The notes below the pieces were generated by a model, which saw nothing but the letters and a program-made list of their open reading frames with translations, did no database searches and was not told the origin of the DNA. Of a stretch of DNA of 64,000 nt, positions 1 to 12,729 are shown in pieces. This DNA is from Vicugna vicugna (taxonomy: Eukaryota). The stretch covers positions 2,542,001-2,606,000 of the forward strand of contig MU058444.1 of the NCBI GenBank assembly GCA_013265495.1, given 5' to 3'. The position numbers were made by a program, and so were the translations under genes. Positions within the stretch are counted from its first letter, which is position 1, and every line of letters begins with the position of its first letter.

Positions 1-179
1 TAGAAGATTTTTTTCAGGTTAAAGTCTTGACTTTTGCTGTGTCTCTTCTTTCCCCTTCCTGATAGAAGATTCTGTTGTATTGCTGACGAGGCCGTTCAGT
101 ATTCTGGCCTCTATCTTGCAAATCCAGCGTTTGTGGCTTTGTGATTTCTTTTTACAAATGTAGCAACCTTTCTGAGATA

Positions 180-420
180 CACTATGGTGTACTGCTTAAG
201 TGCATGGATTCTAGAATCAGATTGGAGAACGAACATTTAAATCCTGGCATTATTATTTATCCTGGTGTACTTTATTTGACTGTCCTGTGCCTCAGTTTTA
301 CCGTCATAAAATGGGAACAATACTAGGTACCTATCTCATAGAGTTATTGTGAGAATTAAATCTGAAATGCTTTTAGAGTAGTGCCTGGCACGTGGTAAGT
401 GGTTCATAAGTGTCAGTTAT
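180..420 (+). mobile_element. MIR SINE
   Basis: MIR core: tgtgcctcagtttt...taaaatggg...gtacctatctcatagagttattgtgagaattaaa...gtgcctggcacgtggtaag. Confidence 0.8.
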
Positions 421-526
421 TATATACAACATGGTTAGAGAGTATGCAGGTAGATTTATAGATAACATAGCTGGATGGATTTAGAGACTGAAACAGTCTA
501 GAGCATCTGGCTTAGTGCTTGGCACT

Positions 527-714
527 GGCCCACTGCCTGTTTCTCTAAATAAAGCTTTATTGGAACATAGCCGTGCCCATTTGTTGACATCTTATCTGTG
601 GCTGCTTTCGTGCTGCAGCAGCAGAGTTGAGTAGTTGTGAAAGAGACTATATGGGGTGCAAAGCCTGAGATATTTACTGTCTGGCCCTTTATGGGAAAAG
701 TTTGCCACCCCTTG
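527..714. mobile_element. MER58A-like hAT-Charlie DNA transposon fossil
   Basis: aataaagctttattggaacatagcc...gagttgagtagttg...atatttactgtctggcccttta...aaagtttgccacccct. Confidence 0.8.
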
Positions 715-1376
715 GTATAGATGGCAGTGGATGCTTTATACTGGCACATGTTAAATGCTAATGCATGTCTGCTCTTTTTAGTACTATTCACTGAACAAAT
801 ATTTAATAGGTTCTTGTGTACTTTACACTATAATATGGAAACTTTGAAAAAATGCATGAAAGTTTAAAATTGAAAATAATCATTCATATTTGCGTTCCGT
901 AGGTAGCCGTTGACATTTATCATATTTATTTTCTGCCTTTTTCCTTCCCTGCAGATAGGGTTTCATCTTGAAATAATCTTTGTTTATATTTGGCCCCATT
1001 TGTTTAATATTGATAACCTGCTTGATATCAAAAGTATATTCCTCCTTCACTGAAAACATTGGTTAGTGTTTCTAATGACTTTCATGAAATGCACATACCA
1101 ACTGCACCCTGTATGTGCACACAGTACCCTGTTCTTGAAGATTAAGCTGTTTTGAACTTCGTGCAAACGTTAGCTGTCACTGGAATCAACCTCTTAGAGC
1201 ATGAACCTTAGTTTTGACCTACCTCTTTAGATACGATAGGATAGATTTCTAGCAGTGGAGTTACAGGAATAAAGAATTGTCAGTATTTTCTGACCGTTGA
1301 TGTGACAAAATCATTTTCTTAAGGAAACCAGGTTAGTAATCATAGGTTAATTGATTGTTTTTCTTAATATCTTTAG

Positions 1377-1488
1377 GAAAAAGTCGATTTTCAGCATGCC
1401 CATGGGTTACAAGAATTGGAATTTATTCGAGGACATTCTGATACTGAAGCAGCAAGACTGTGTGTGGACCAGTGGTTAAAAATGCCAG
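1377..1488 (+). CDS. ZNF451: ZNF451 (E3 SUMO-protein ligase) internal coding exon (exon 5 by human numbering)
   Basis: tttag| acceptor, |gtattc donor; translates EKVDFQHAHGLQELEFIRGHSDTEAARLCVDQWLKMP(G), recognisable ZNF451 sequence; 112 nt, phase 0 to 1. Confidence 0.95.
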
Positions 1489-3605
1489 GTATTCTTTAGA
1501 GATCAGAGTGGGACACTGAGGTTACCGAGCTTGTCTGAAGCCTTAAGGCATTTTGTCTGTTCTTTTCAGTGGCTAATAAGTATATAAAGTGTTGAAATTT
1601 AGTTTCAGTGATACTTAATAGGGAGCCTACTTTACCAATTGTCTTCCTGCTTTGGCAAAAGTGTATTTTGAGTATAAGTAATCCTTGAGCTGATTAGACA
1701 TTGTTTATTTATTCATTCCTAGGTTTCGTACATGTTATTACATGAAGTAGTTCAAATAGACATAGGAGAGGGTGTGTAACAGGTTATCTGAGGTCAGGAA
1801 AGGCTTCTCTAAGGAAATGGAATTTAAGCTAAGATGAAAAGAATTAGCGTTTACTTATTTGTCAGTGCAATCTGTGACAAGCTAGCAAAGCCTTGATTTT
1901 GTTGAAGTGTCCACACGGGAGGCCCTTCTGAAGCCCTGGGTAGCTTCTTCATCACTAACTCTTTGCGGACCTGAGATTCCTGGAGGAGTCACTGTGGAGC
2001 ATTTTCTTCTCACCAGATAATTGGGTAGAATGTTTAAGAATCAGTAGTTCAGTCCCACCGTGGCAGCTCTTCTTGCCTGTCTTGTAGAACACCCCGAGCC
2101 CTTAAAGGCTTGGCATAGCCACAGCAACCTCTAGCTGTGGGTTTAGTCCAGCAGGAAGTTTAATTGTTAAAAGTGCTAGAAATATCAATGCATGCAATGC
2201 TCAGCTTTGAACCTCAATGTCTTCTTGTTCTGTAGTTTTCTGAGGCTTTGAATAGAATCAAATTGCCACTTTTAAAATAATTCAGTAACTTGTAGAAGTT
2301 TTGACACCTGGGTACTTCCTGAAGCTATATTTCCTTCTTACTCTCCCAAGTGTGTTTGTGCCTGGCAGACTCCCACCTTGCCCCATCCTTCCTTTTAAGT
2401 ACTTTTTCCTCGTTTCTTGTCTGTCTTGCCTGTAGGGTGAGCCACAATACTAGAGGTTGCTCGGTTTATTGATTCTGCCTGAGTTTGGTTGCTCAGCCGT
2501 CTTTGATCCCACAGCCCCATAAATCCCACTGTTAGGTTTGATTGATATGTTTACATGTCTGTGTCTTCTACTAGATTGACATGCTCTGTGGGGGCAGAAA
2601 CCAAAGCTTATTAATCCTTTTTAGTGTCAGTGCCTAAAAAGAAGGCCTAGCACAGAGATGCTCTTGAAGTGTTGGTTGATTATGATACCAGAATGGGCCA
2701 TAAACATTTGCACACGAACACAGAAGAGAGGCCTAGAACTTGTTTCCAAGTGTAATTGTCATTCAGCTAAACAAAAGAATCATTTGGCATTCCAGGCCTA
2801 TATTAGAAAAGATACTTCGAAATTCTGATTCTTAGCTGCATCAGAATTCACCTGGAGTTTTAAATACATTCCCTGAGCCTCACCTCCAGAGATAATTCTG
2901 GGGCATCTGTAGATTTGGGAAGATTCCCAAGAGGGAAAATGGGCTAGAACTGTAATGCTTTATCTGCAAGATCTCTGCTAAGAATTGTTCATCTCACTTT
3001 CAAGTCTTGTCTAGAATGGTTGTTGGGCCAGTAATATGTCCCTTCAGGCCTAGTCTCTGGCCTCCAGACTGATTCAGAGTATTTTAATTCATTGTGAATT
3101 GAATTCACGAGCATTTGTTTCCATATTTCTCCACTCCTTCCCCCTCCCGGCTACATCGTTTGACAGTGTTTGACATTGAGATCCCAGATCCTCTGTAATA
3201 TAACTGAGCCTTATAATGTGTTTAAGATAGTTAAAAGAGAAAATAAGAATGAGAAGGAGAGATCTTTGCCAGCTCATAGAAGTGAAAAGAAGGCAGGCCG
3301 GGATAGGGGTTCTGCAGAGCAACTGATTTTCTAATATATTTCACCTTTGATGTTTCTTGGCTGTTGAACTTAAGGAAACAGTTGTTTTCCTAAAGATAAT
3401 GTTCTTGGAGGTGTTAATGGCTTTCCTCATCCTAAATAGCTATTTACTTGTAAGTACTGTATCTTGTGTAAGGATGTAATTACAGTTAGGATTACCTAGT
3501 TGATGCTGCACCCTATTTTTCATTGATTTTTCATACTTTTGATTATCAGTCCAAAGGACAAGTATCTGAAATAGAAACTTAAGAATTTGTATTCCAATGA
3601 TGCAG

Positions 3606-3756
3606 GACTCAAAGCAGGCACAATTAATTCTGGAACAAAAAGTTCATTCCGAAGAGGAGGCCAAATACGAGTGTCTGGGAAACCAATTTCATGTCCCATA
3701 ATGCACTGTAACAAGGAATTTGATAATGGGCACCTTCTCTTAGGACATTTGAAAAG
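3606..3756 (+). CDS. ZNF451: ZNF451 coding exon 6 (first C2H2-like finger)
   Basis: tgcag| ... |gtaagt; LKAGTINSGTKSSFRRGGQIRVSGKPISCPIMHCNKEFDNGHLLLGHLK(R); 151 nt, phase 1 to 2. Confidence 0.95.
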
Positions 3757-4828
3757 GTAAGTGTGGTATTCAGAATAGTGATGCTGAAGGTGAAATGAGT
3801 TACGAAATGATTTCGGTGAAATGAAAGCGTGATGCACCCCTGCCGTTGTGATTATAGCTTTATGTCCCAAACTCATCATTTTGTGCTATTATAATTTTTT
3901 CTAGTTTACATTTCTTAGGTTTTCTGTAAAGCTTGAAGTCGGATTATTCTAGTGATACTCTGTCCTAATATGTCTCATAAAATTCTGACCAGACTTTTGC
4001 CTTAATGTGCATTTGGATCAGTTGTAGAGAAATCTAGCATTTAGCAAATTCCAGGAGACACAAAGTACTTATGGGTATTTGGTCTAGTCTAAGGAAAGCT
4101 AACACAGCATTACAAAACAAATGCTAGAGGCAAACCAGATGTAGCAAAATTAATAATAAATATCCTCTTTATGAAATCCTTCGTATTAATTTACTGAATT
4201 TTTGAGAGGTAGAGCTTGAGAAGGTAAATATCAAGGAAAGGCAGTGTTAAAGGCATTAAACAGACTTCCCTTCAGCCTCCTCTCTGCTAGTTCAGAGGTG
4301 GGACCTGAGAGTTTGGGGCTCTAAGCCTTCTCTTTTACAGCTGTCTCAGCCTCTTTATGCCTAACCCTACCCACAGAACCTTCTAGAAGGGCTTCAGCAT
4401 TCTGCACATAAATGGGTGGCACACTGTGCTCAAAGTATTTTTTACAAGTCTTTGAGGCAGTTTTAAATGACAGAGATTTGTTAAATGGTTAAAATGACAT
4501 TAAAAGGATCAATGCCATCTTTGGAGATAGACGTGTACCAGCAGTCTTGATGTGAGATTATTATTCCAGTGGTTCATTTAAAGTTATCTGTGAGTTTTAT
4601 GGGCGATAAGGCAAGAAGGAAAAGATGACGGCTCTACCATTTTCAAGCTGGGAGTTACCATCTTGGCAAGACTGCGTAAACCCGTTTTATTGGATCTTGA
4701 GCACTTTTATGAAAGCTGAAGCTGTTGGTCACTGTTTAAAGACATTACATGGCATATGGGAGCTGCTTTACATTTCTTGAATATAAAGAACATTATTTAA
4801 TTTTTCAGTAGAAAGTGTGAAGTTCGGA

Positions 4829-4852
4829 GTGTGTGTGTGTGTGTGTGTGTGT
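4829..4852. repeat. (GT)12 microsatellite
   Basis: Direct reading. Confidence 0.95.
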
Positions 4853-4928
4853 GGCTTAACAAGTGAAGCATCGTAGTCCTGCCCCTGGACTGTCAGGTGT
4901 TCTGATGTTGCCTCTCTTTGCGGAGCAG

Positions 4929-5055
4929 GTTTGATCACTCTCCGTGTGATCCAACAATTACGCTACATGGACCCTTCATCAGCTCTTTTGCCTGTGTAGT
5001 GTGTTATAAAAATTTCGTTACTCAGCAGCAATACAGGGAGCACCTTTTTGCTAAG
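4929..5055 (+). CDS. ZNF451: ZNF451 coding exon 7
   Basis: gagcag| ... |gtaagc; FDHSPCDPTITLHGPFISSFACVVCYKNFVTQQQYREHLFAK; 127 nt, phase 2 to 0. Confidence 0.95.
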
Positions 5056-6247
5056 GTAAGCGCATGTCCTTAGGTTAAGAGTAGGTGTTCTTTGTCTGGA
5101 GAACCCGAGAGTGGGATATAGTTGTTTTCTTACTGCTCTTAAGCTTGCAATCAACAGTGATGCACGTAAGGATCAACATTGTGATTGTCTATGGAGAGTA
5201 GAAGGATTGGGATCATGCACTTACATGCCCTTACTGTGGGCAGGCAAACTTGATAGCTGAAAGCCAGCCGTCCTAAAATGATCATAAAGACCCTTCCTTT
5301 TATGGAGTTGCTCTGTGAAATTAACTGTGAGTTAGTCACATGATGAGAACTGGTACCTTATTCTTACATGCACTGCCGGTCACTGCTAGTGGAAATGTTG
5401 GAGTCATGTGGTAAATAACAGTTCCTTTATTAATGCTAGTGTTAAGAAATAGACCTGGTATTTATTTAAAAGGCTGTGTTATGTGACTCTCATTAAGTGT
5501 TAAATCTCAAGGACGTGAGACTGATTAATGTTATTAGCAAATTCATGTAATAAATAATTCTGTAATAAGCGTTTGCTATATTTGGTATTAGATACCTTTA
5601 GTGACTTATTACAAAAATGTTAATTGTGCAGTATGTTCACTGTGGAAAATTTTAAAATACTAACAAAAAGAAAATAAACCACTCTTAATCTCACTTATAG
5701 AGATAACCATTGTTGACATTTTTATGTGTTTCTGCTGTTTCTCCATATATAAATATTTTTTAGGTAGGATAAAGTATCTAAATTGTTTTGTAATTAAGCA
5801 GTGTGTTGTAAACATAAGTTTAAATAATTTGTTGGATCATTTTAAATCAGTGAATGGCATTCTACTGTGTGACTATATTATAATTCATTTAATTTTCTAT
5901 TAGATGTATCATTTAAATTTTTGTATTATTAAAAACAGTAACACATTAAACATCCTTGTAGCTAAAAATCTATGAGAAGATCCATGTTTGATGTATTTGC
6001 TAGGTAAATATAAGATTTTGAAATAGTAAAATGCTAACATTCAGGGAGTAATAGGGTTTTTCTTTAAATCATGTTTTCAGAATTTGCTAATACCTAGGCC
6101 TAAACTTGAAATGTAACATGGGTGATAACGTGGATCCTGTATAGGTGCCCACAGGAAGTGAAGACTTGTGCTCTCAGGGGTCCCTGACGGAGCTCTGCTC
6201 TGGTGCTGGATAGTGTGCTCGGTCGTTAGTGTGGGGAGCCTGTGTCC

Positions 6248-6968
6248 TGTACGGGGAAATCAGCCATAGTTCTTACACGCAGGGAGCTTGTGCTCGAGAA
6301 TGAACAAACCTTAATGGTACATCACCAGGTGATACAGAAATTAGAGGATGGGGAGAGGAGCCCTGTGGAGGAGAAGAGGTCCTCAGGGACTGGATCTGGA
6401 TAGACAGAAACAACAAGTGGTAATTCCAGGAAAGTGTGAGCGAAAGCCCAGGCAGGATAGTGAACGTGGGAGCGGGTAGCATGCAGAGAACACTTAACCC
6501 AGCAGGCCTGAGACTTCTGTCCTTAGGCTTGCTTGCAAGGTTGGTGCTTAGCTGGTGTCTGGGAACTTAGATCTTGGCGGGTTCCTGCCGTTCTTGATGT
6601 GAGTGCCTTGTTGTGCCTGAACTGTTGGAGCAAACAGCATGGTGTACGCTGACCACCTGCTTGCCGGGTGGGAGTCTGGAGCTCTGTACTCATAGGCAGA
6701 GGTGACCCAGCCCAGCATGACTGCTGTTCACATGCCTCGTCGCAGTTCATTGCTGGAGGAATTGTGTCCTGTGTGACTCCACGGGGAGAGGACCCTTGGA
6801 ATCTCACACCTGGTTTCCTGGACTCTGCCCTGTGTGCCTTTTCCTCTTGCTGATTTCGCTTTGCAGCCTCTCCTGTGACAAATCACGGCATTAGTACAGC
6901 TGTATGCCAAGTCCCGTGAGTCCTCGCCAGCCCTGGAACCCGGGATGGCCTTGGGGACTCCCAGCACA
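6248..6968 (+). mobile_element. MER21-family solo LTR
   Basis: TG...CA ends; characteristic tgtgtgactccacggggagaggacccttgga...cctggtttcctggact and terminal ccttggggactcccagcaca. Confidence 0.7.
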
Positions 6969-7659
6969 AGTAGTAACTTGACTATAAAGGCACAAGATTT
7001 TACACTTGATATCGGGAAGGTATTGGCACTATCCTAGGACAGTGGCATGATGAAAATAATGCTTATATCTTCAGAGCTACAAGGGCTTTAAATTCTAGAA
7101 CCTAATTTCTGCTCCTTTTTCAGGGACACCAAAGAGATTGGGTGGACTTAGAATGGCACCAGTGTTCAGGGTGGATTCAAAGATGTGGACAAGGAGACCA
7201 GTTTAGGCGACTCTGGCAGTAATTTAGCTTTGAGATGAGAAAAGGATTTACTTAGGTAATGACATTTAGAACAAAGACCTTAAAGTGGAGCCAAAAGACA
7301 TAGAGAAGAAATACATGATAGGGCACTCCATGGCCCTGACGGAGGTTTGGGGGGAGAAGTGGAAAGGGCACAACTACATTCCGCAGTTTTCAGTGTTTGC
7401 AGTGGGCCACTCATATTCTGCCTTTTTCAGAACTAGATTCCTCTCAGGGCATGTTTCCCTACTCCATGCCGTAAGCATATTTATCTTTTTTCTTCAATAA
7501 ATCTGAATAGGTATTTCAAACTTGATTGAATACTCTCATTTGTGTTTTCCCAGATTTCATTAATTTGTGTCCTTTTTTCTGGGAATCACTCACTCTATCC
7601 TGTTTTGCCCTCCCTCTTGCCATCTCCCCAGGAAGTAAATGTATGACACTCGGCCTCTG

Positions 7660-7880
7660 GGAGGCAGCGTGATAAAGCAGAGCAAAGGCTTTGGCGTCAG
7701 ACAGACCTGGATTCCACTGTCACTTGTATTAGCTGTGTGTTCTCCCCAAGTTCCTGAACATCTGTGAGCTCAGTTCTCATCCCTGAAGCGGAATTGTTAC
7801 TCTTCCACACAGATTGTTGAGAGAAAGTGTAATAGGATGTAAAGCACTTAGGGCCTGACATATAGTGATCAAGAAAGGCT
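7660..7880 (+). mobile_element. MIR SINE
   Basis: ggctttggcgtcagacagacctggattc...tagctgtgtg...ctcagttctcatc...tgtaaagcacttag. Confidence 0.7.
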
Positions 7881-8106
7881 CCTTATTGCTTATTCTTTGG
7901 AGTGCCTGTCACAGGACTGGTGGGAAGCAGTGCGCTTAGGTTGTAATTCCATATATTAAATCAGCCAGAAGAGGTCGCTAGAAGATCGTATACCTAAGAA
8001 TTCTGTCCCGTGAAGGTGACATTCTTCAAAGAGAGTGAAACTAGGCACAGTCTGCATTGTTTGCCTTGGTGCTCTCCCTTTTTATCTCCAGTTTCTGCGG
8101 TCTAGA

Positions 8107-8265
8107 CTAGTGCCACTCAAACTTTAATGTGAGTCACTTGGAATCTTGTTAAAATGCAGGTTCGGACTCGGGATCTGATACGGGGCCTTAGATTCAAGAT
8201 TTCTAACAAGCTTCTAGGTGATGGCAATGCTTGCTGGTCTTTGGGTCAGACTTTGAGTAGCAAGT
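8107..8265. mobile_element. MER5A-like hAT DNA transposon fossil
   Basis: ctcaaactttaatgtg...cttgttaaaatgcag...atttctaacaagcttctaggtgatg...actttgagtagcaag. Confidence 0.75.
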
Positions 8266-8419
8266 GTCAAGTGTTTTCTGACAGTAAAGCTATCCAGCGG
8301 GCATGTCACCAGCTCGCTGCCCGCTCTTCCCCGTGTGGGTGCAGATGAGGACTGTGGAGGGCGTGCTGTGAGCCCCGGTGCGCCTCAGCGTCTCACTCTG
8401 CTCCGAGGGCCACTCTGCC

Positions 8420-8960
8420 CTCCAAGGTGACTTTCCCCCTGTCATCCCATCCTCCCCAGCCCTAGGCAATCAGGAAAGTACTTTCTGTCTCTCTGGTTTT
8501 CCCTTTTCTGGACATTTCATTTAAATGACTTCTGTGACGAGGTTCTTTGACTTGGCACTGTGTCTTCCGGGCTTCTGTGTGCGCGGCCTGTGTTGGCGCT
8601 CACCCCATCACTGCGGTGACACTCCAGCCTGCGGGCGGAGGCCACTTTCTGTGTACCAGTGCATCAGTCGTGCCCACTTTGTGACTATTGTGAATAATGC
8701 TGATGTAAACAAAGGTCCAAGTCTTTGTGTAATCATATATTTCCACGTCCCTAACGAGTTAACGTTGGCTCATATGGTTATTGAGTTTAAGTTTTTGAAG
8801 AACTGCCAAGTTGTTATTCAACACAGTGCCCCATTTTACCTTCCCACCAGCAGTGTGTGTGGGTTCCAGTTTCTTCACGTCCTTGCCACTTATTATCTGT
8901 CTTTTAAAATAGCCGTCCCAGTGGGTGTCTGTGAAGTGGCATCTTACTGTGGCTCTACTT
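8420..8960 (-). mobile_element. Old L1 3' fragment
   Basis: ccccagccctaggcaatca...ctttctgtctct...tctggacatttcat; attgtgaataatgctg; ttttaccttcccaccagcagtg. Confidence 0.7.
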
Positions 8961-11101
8961 TTTTATGTATGTGCACAGATTTGTATGGTGTGTGTGTGTG
9001 TGTGTGTTTTTAATGTAACTGTAAATAAAACAGTAAAAGGGAACTGAGTATGTTAACTTGCCAGACATCCTATATCCCGTTCCTTCCCCCAGTTTGTAGA
9101 AGGTATTTACAAATATACTATACTTCTGCAATAGGTATAGCCCAATAAAATTGTATGTAGAATCATACAATTCTCATGTTTTGTTCTCTTGAGCAAACAA
9201 TTTAAACAAACTTATTTTGAATCCATTTATACAACTCATAACTGAACTAAAGCTTCTTAGAGTTCTTCAAGTAGGGGACACTTGTGGTTAGTAAACTGGT
9301 GGTTAGTCCTGCTTTTAGTGCTCTCATTTGAAACCTTCTAATTGGAATGCAAGACGTACTGGGTGTTATTTCTGCATGGCACTCACCACAGTAAGATGGG
9401 GTGAGGAGGAGTGGAAGGAGCATACGATTTACCACCAAAGACAGAAAGCGGGGTGTGATGGTAGCTTTGTCTCTCCTGAGCGTGCAGCTTGGAGGGGCGT
9501 GGTGATTTTGTTGACTTACCTAAATTTCAGTTTCCTCACTTGTAAGTAGTGAAGATAGTACTTTTTGGGGTTACTGTAAGGATTAAGTGGGCAAGCACAT
9601 TTGAACCCCAGTGTGGTGTGTGACATGTGCTCGGTATACATGTGAATTTCCTGTCCCCCCTCCTGCTGCATCTCATAAGCAGCTACACAAACTATTCTAA
9701 TATCCCTAATGTCAGTGGTAGTAAAGTTAAGAAGACACAATACAGCTTTTAAGACTATTACTCTAAGTACCATTAACAGGAGGTTAAATTTTTGTTGTAC
9801 ACAAGCGCATGTACATATATGTACCCACATAAATATACACTGAAAACTATTCTAATTTTGGGATGGAGGAGGCTCTTATCCAAGTTTGGAAACCTAGACG
9901 CTAGGAAAGGTCTACCTGTTTGTATCAAAATTTTAAAGTGACCATATACAAAATTAATAGACAGATGTTTGATGAAAAATGTTTGAAAAATAGAGGATGA
10001 GACAGAGTTAGTTTTGATAACAAAGAATGGGTACAGGTTGACCAGAGGGAAAAAAACAAAAACAGTTGAAACATGAGCCTAAAGGACATGGAGTAAACAA
10101 TCCACAGAATACGGAATATCTGTAGAACTGCACGGATAAGTGCTCAGACTCACTAGCAGATGAGAAGTGCCCACTAAAGCAGTAGGGAGTTCACAGCACC
10201 TGTGAGACTGCAGATGTGAGAGTAAGGTCTGTGACAGCTGTTGTGCCAGGCTCATCCGGTGCCCGGGGATACGTCCACTGGTGGAGCCTTTGTGGAAAGC
10301 AATTACACAATGTCTTTTAATATTCAAATAATAATCCTTTTAACCCAATAGGACCACTCCTGATAATGAGAGAAAAGCACCTTTAAATAAGGATATATAT
10401 TCAACAATATTTACAAAATCTTTGTTTATAGTGGCCAAAAAAAAAGAGAGAGAGAGCCTGGAAATGAATAGTTGACTACATCTTAGTAGATCCACACCAG
10501 GAAGTAGTTTGTAACCATTAAGAAGAGTAAGCTAGAGCTGTAAGAGTTGATTTTTAGGGATTTCCATTAAGTATTGTGGAATAAAAAAAACTAAGAAGCA
10601 GAGGAATCTGTAAGATGACAGTATTTGATAAAACAATGCCAACTCCCCTTGTATGTTTATTTCTGTGTATTTTTGTAAATGGTTAAACATGGAGAAGTTT
10701 ATGGAAGAATACATATTTGTAAACATAGGTTATATTGTTGAGTACAGTGAACAAAGTAAAACATAAGGGGAAGTGTATGTGATGTGAAAACAATTATGCA
10801 TTTATATAATATTGCATATGGATGTGTATGTATAAAGAAAAATGTATAGAGAGCAAACGTATGTTTATTGTCACAGAAAGATGGTCATAATTTGTTTTTA
10901 AGGAAAAAAATGAAAAATTTCATATATGGGACCTCATTGATGATAAAAATTGTAGTCCACACTCAGGGAAAAAAAGTTTTCATGTTAAAAATTGATACAG
11001 AATATTCCAAGTAAATAATAAGTTGGACATTTTGAAAGTTGATGTAAGAAACTGAGTATTGATTTTAGTTGTCTATAATACAGCTTTGCCTTATGTTTTA
11101 G

Positions 11102-11255
11102 GAAGCTGCAGATGATGGACATAAAAACAACCTTCTTCCTCAGATTATTCAGTGTTTTGCGTGTCCAAATTGCTTCCTTCTGTTTAGCAGCAAGGATGAG
11201 TGTTTGAAGCATATGTCTGGGAAGAATCATTTCCATCAGAGTTTTAAACTGGGTG
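11102..11255 (+). CDS. ZNF451: ZNF451 coding exon 8
   Basis: ttttag| ... |gtatgt; EAADDGHKNNLLPQIIQCFACPNCFLLFSSKDECLKHMSGKNHFHQSFKLG; 154 nt, phase 0 to 1. Confidence 0.95.
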
Positions 11256-11749
11256 GTATGTCAATACTCTCTTCTGAAAACCGTTAAACTGTTTTAATCT
11301 TTGCTGGTTTACTGTACTTCGCAGATGATTCTTAAGGTGTTATGCTCACGTTAGTTTGAGAACTGTGAAAGGGAAACATTTTTATCTCAGTTTTTCTTTC
11401 TTGAGCAAGAGTCTTAGTCTCTGATCTGTACCTAAGAGTAAGGTTTACTTTGAGGGATGGAGAGAAACTTGGGAAGAAAACATTTGTTCAGGGCAATGGT
11501 TTTGTGTATCTGTGGTGTCTGGGAAGTTGGGGTGTTTTTCTGCATCTAAGACTCAGATTCTAGTTTGAGCATGAGTTCCGCATCCACTGCAGTTAACTGA
11601 GAGTAGAAAATGACTTCTCTTAGGATTTTTGGCACGTAAATAACTATCTTGTTTTACTTACTACAACTGATGTGGAGAAAGCCAAGGCGGGGGAAGGCTG
11701 GGTCACTCTACTCAAACCTTTGCAAGTTATAGTTTATTTTGTCTTTCAG

Positions 11750-11897
11750 ATGACAAGGGGCTGGCACACCCAATATCATTTCCATCTTTTGCAAAGAAAC
11801 TCTTGATCTCTCTGTGCAAAGACGTCCCATTTCAAGTCAGGTGTGTGGCCTGCCACCAGACGCTGCGTTCCCACATGGAGCTCACGGCCCATTTCAG
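11750..11897 (+). CDS. ZNF451: ZNF451 coding exon 9
   Basis: tttcag| ... |gtttgt; DDKGLAHPISFPSFAKKLLISLCKDVPFQVRCVACHQTLRSHMELTAHF(R); 148 nt, phase 1 to 2. Confidence 0.95.
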
Positions 11898-12729
11898 GTT
11901 TGTACTGGTCTAGTCTTGGGCTGTAAGGGAATCCTCCCACCCCATAAGCTCTTCACCAGCAGGCAGAGTCAACAAATCCTTTTCTAGTCCATGTGTCTCT
12001 CCTTCTAAAATGAGAATGTATATTTGCCCTGAAAACTAACCAAATTTAGCAAAATGAGAGAAGTGAGAGGTGTGGGAAAGGTGGATATGTTGATATTGCC
12101 GTGAACCTTAAGCAGGCTAACAGTTCTCAGTTCTGCACGTTTTCTGAGTGTCGTACCTCGGGGAGGAGAGGGTTAACACACACCCTTGCCTTTCAGTCAG
12201 CCAGAGTGGAAAATATCGCAGACATGTTGAAATATTATATTTCAGTGAAAGGCCACCTTTGTCAAATAATCAAGTATGGTTTTTTGTCTTTATAATGGAA
12301 ATTACCAGGAAATACGCAGAAGTAAGGAGAGCGGTATAATGAACCCCCTTGTACCTTTCATTAGGCTTCAGCAGTTACCAACACATGACAGGTGTGTTTC
12401 ATTTACACTCTCATAAAGTTTCATTTTACTTTGATTTATACTCTCACCTCTCAACAAAATAGAACAGCTATTTTCACAAACACTCAAGTGAAATATGTTC
12501 ACAAAAAAATGGAGGCAGTGGAGTATAATTCCTCTGTGTATACTCAGTATAATTACTGATGTTACCAGTCCTGGTTCTGACTTACATATCATTAGTTCAA
12601 ATCCTTGTTCTGCACTGTGTGAAAGTCAACAGGATAATAAGACAAACCTCCATTTACCCATCACCAGCTTCAATAACAATCAGCACTGCGATTCTTGTTT
12701 TATTTATATATCTTTATGAGCCTTACCCC

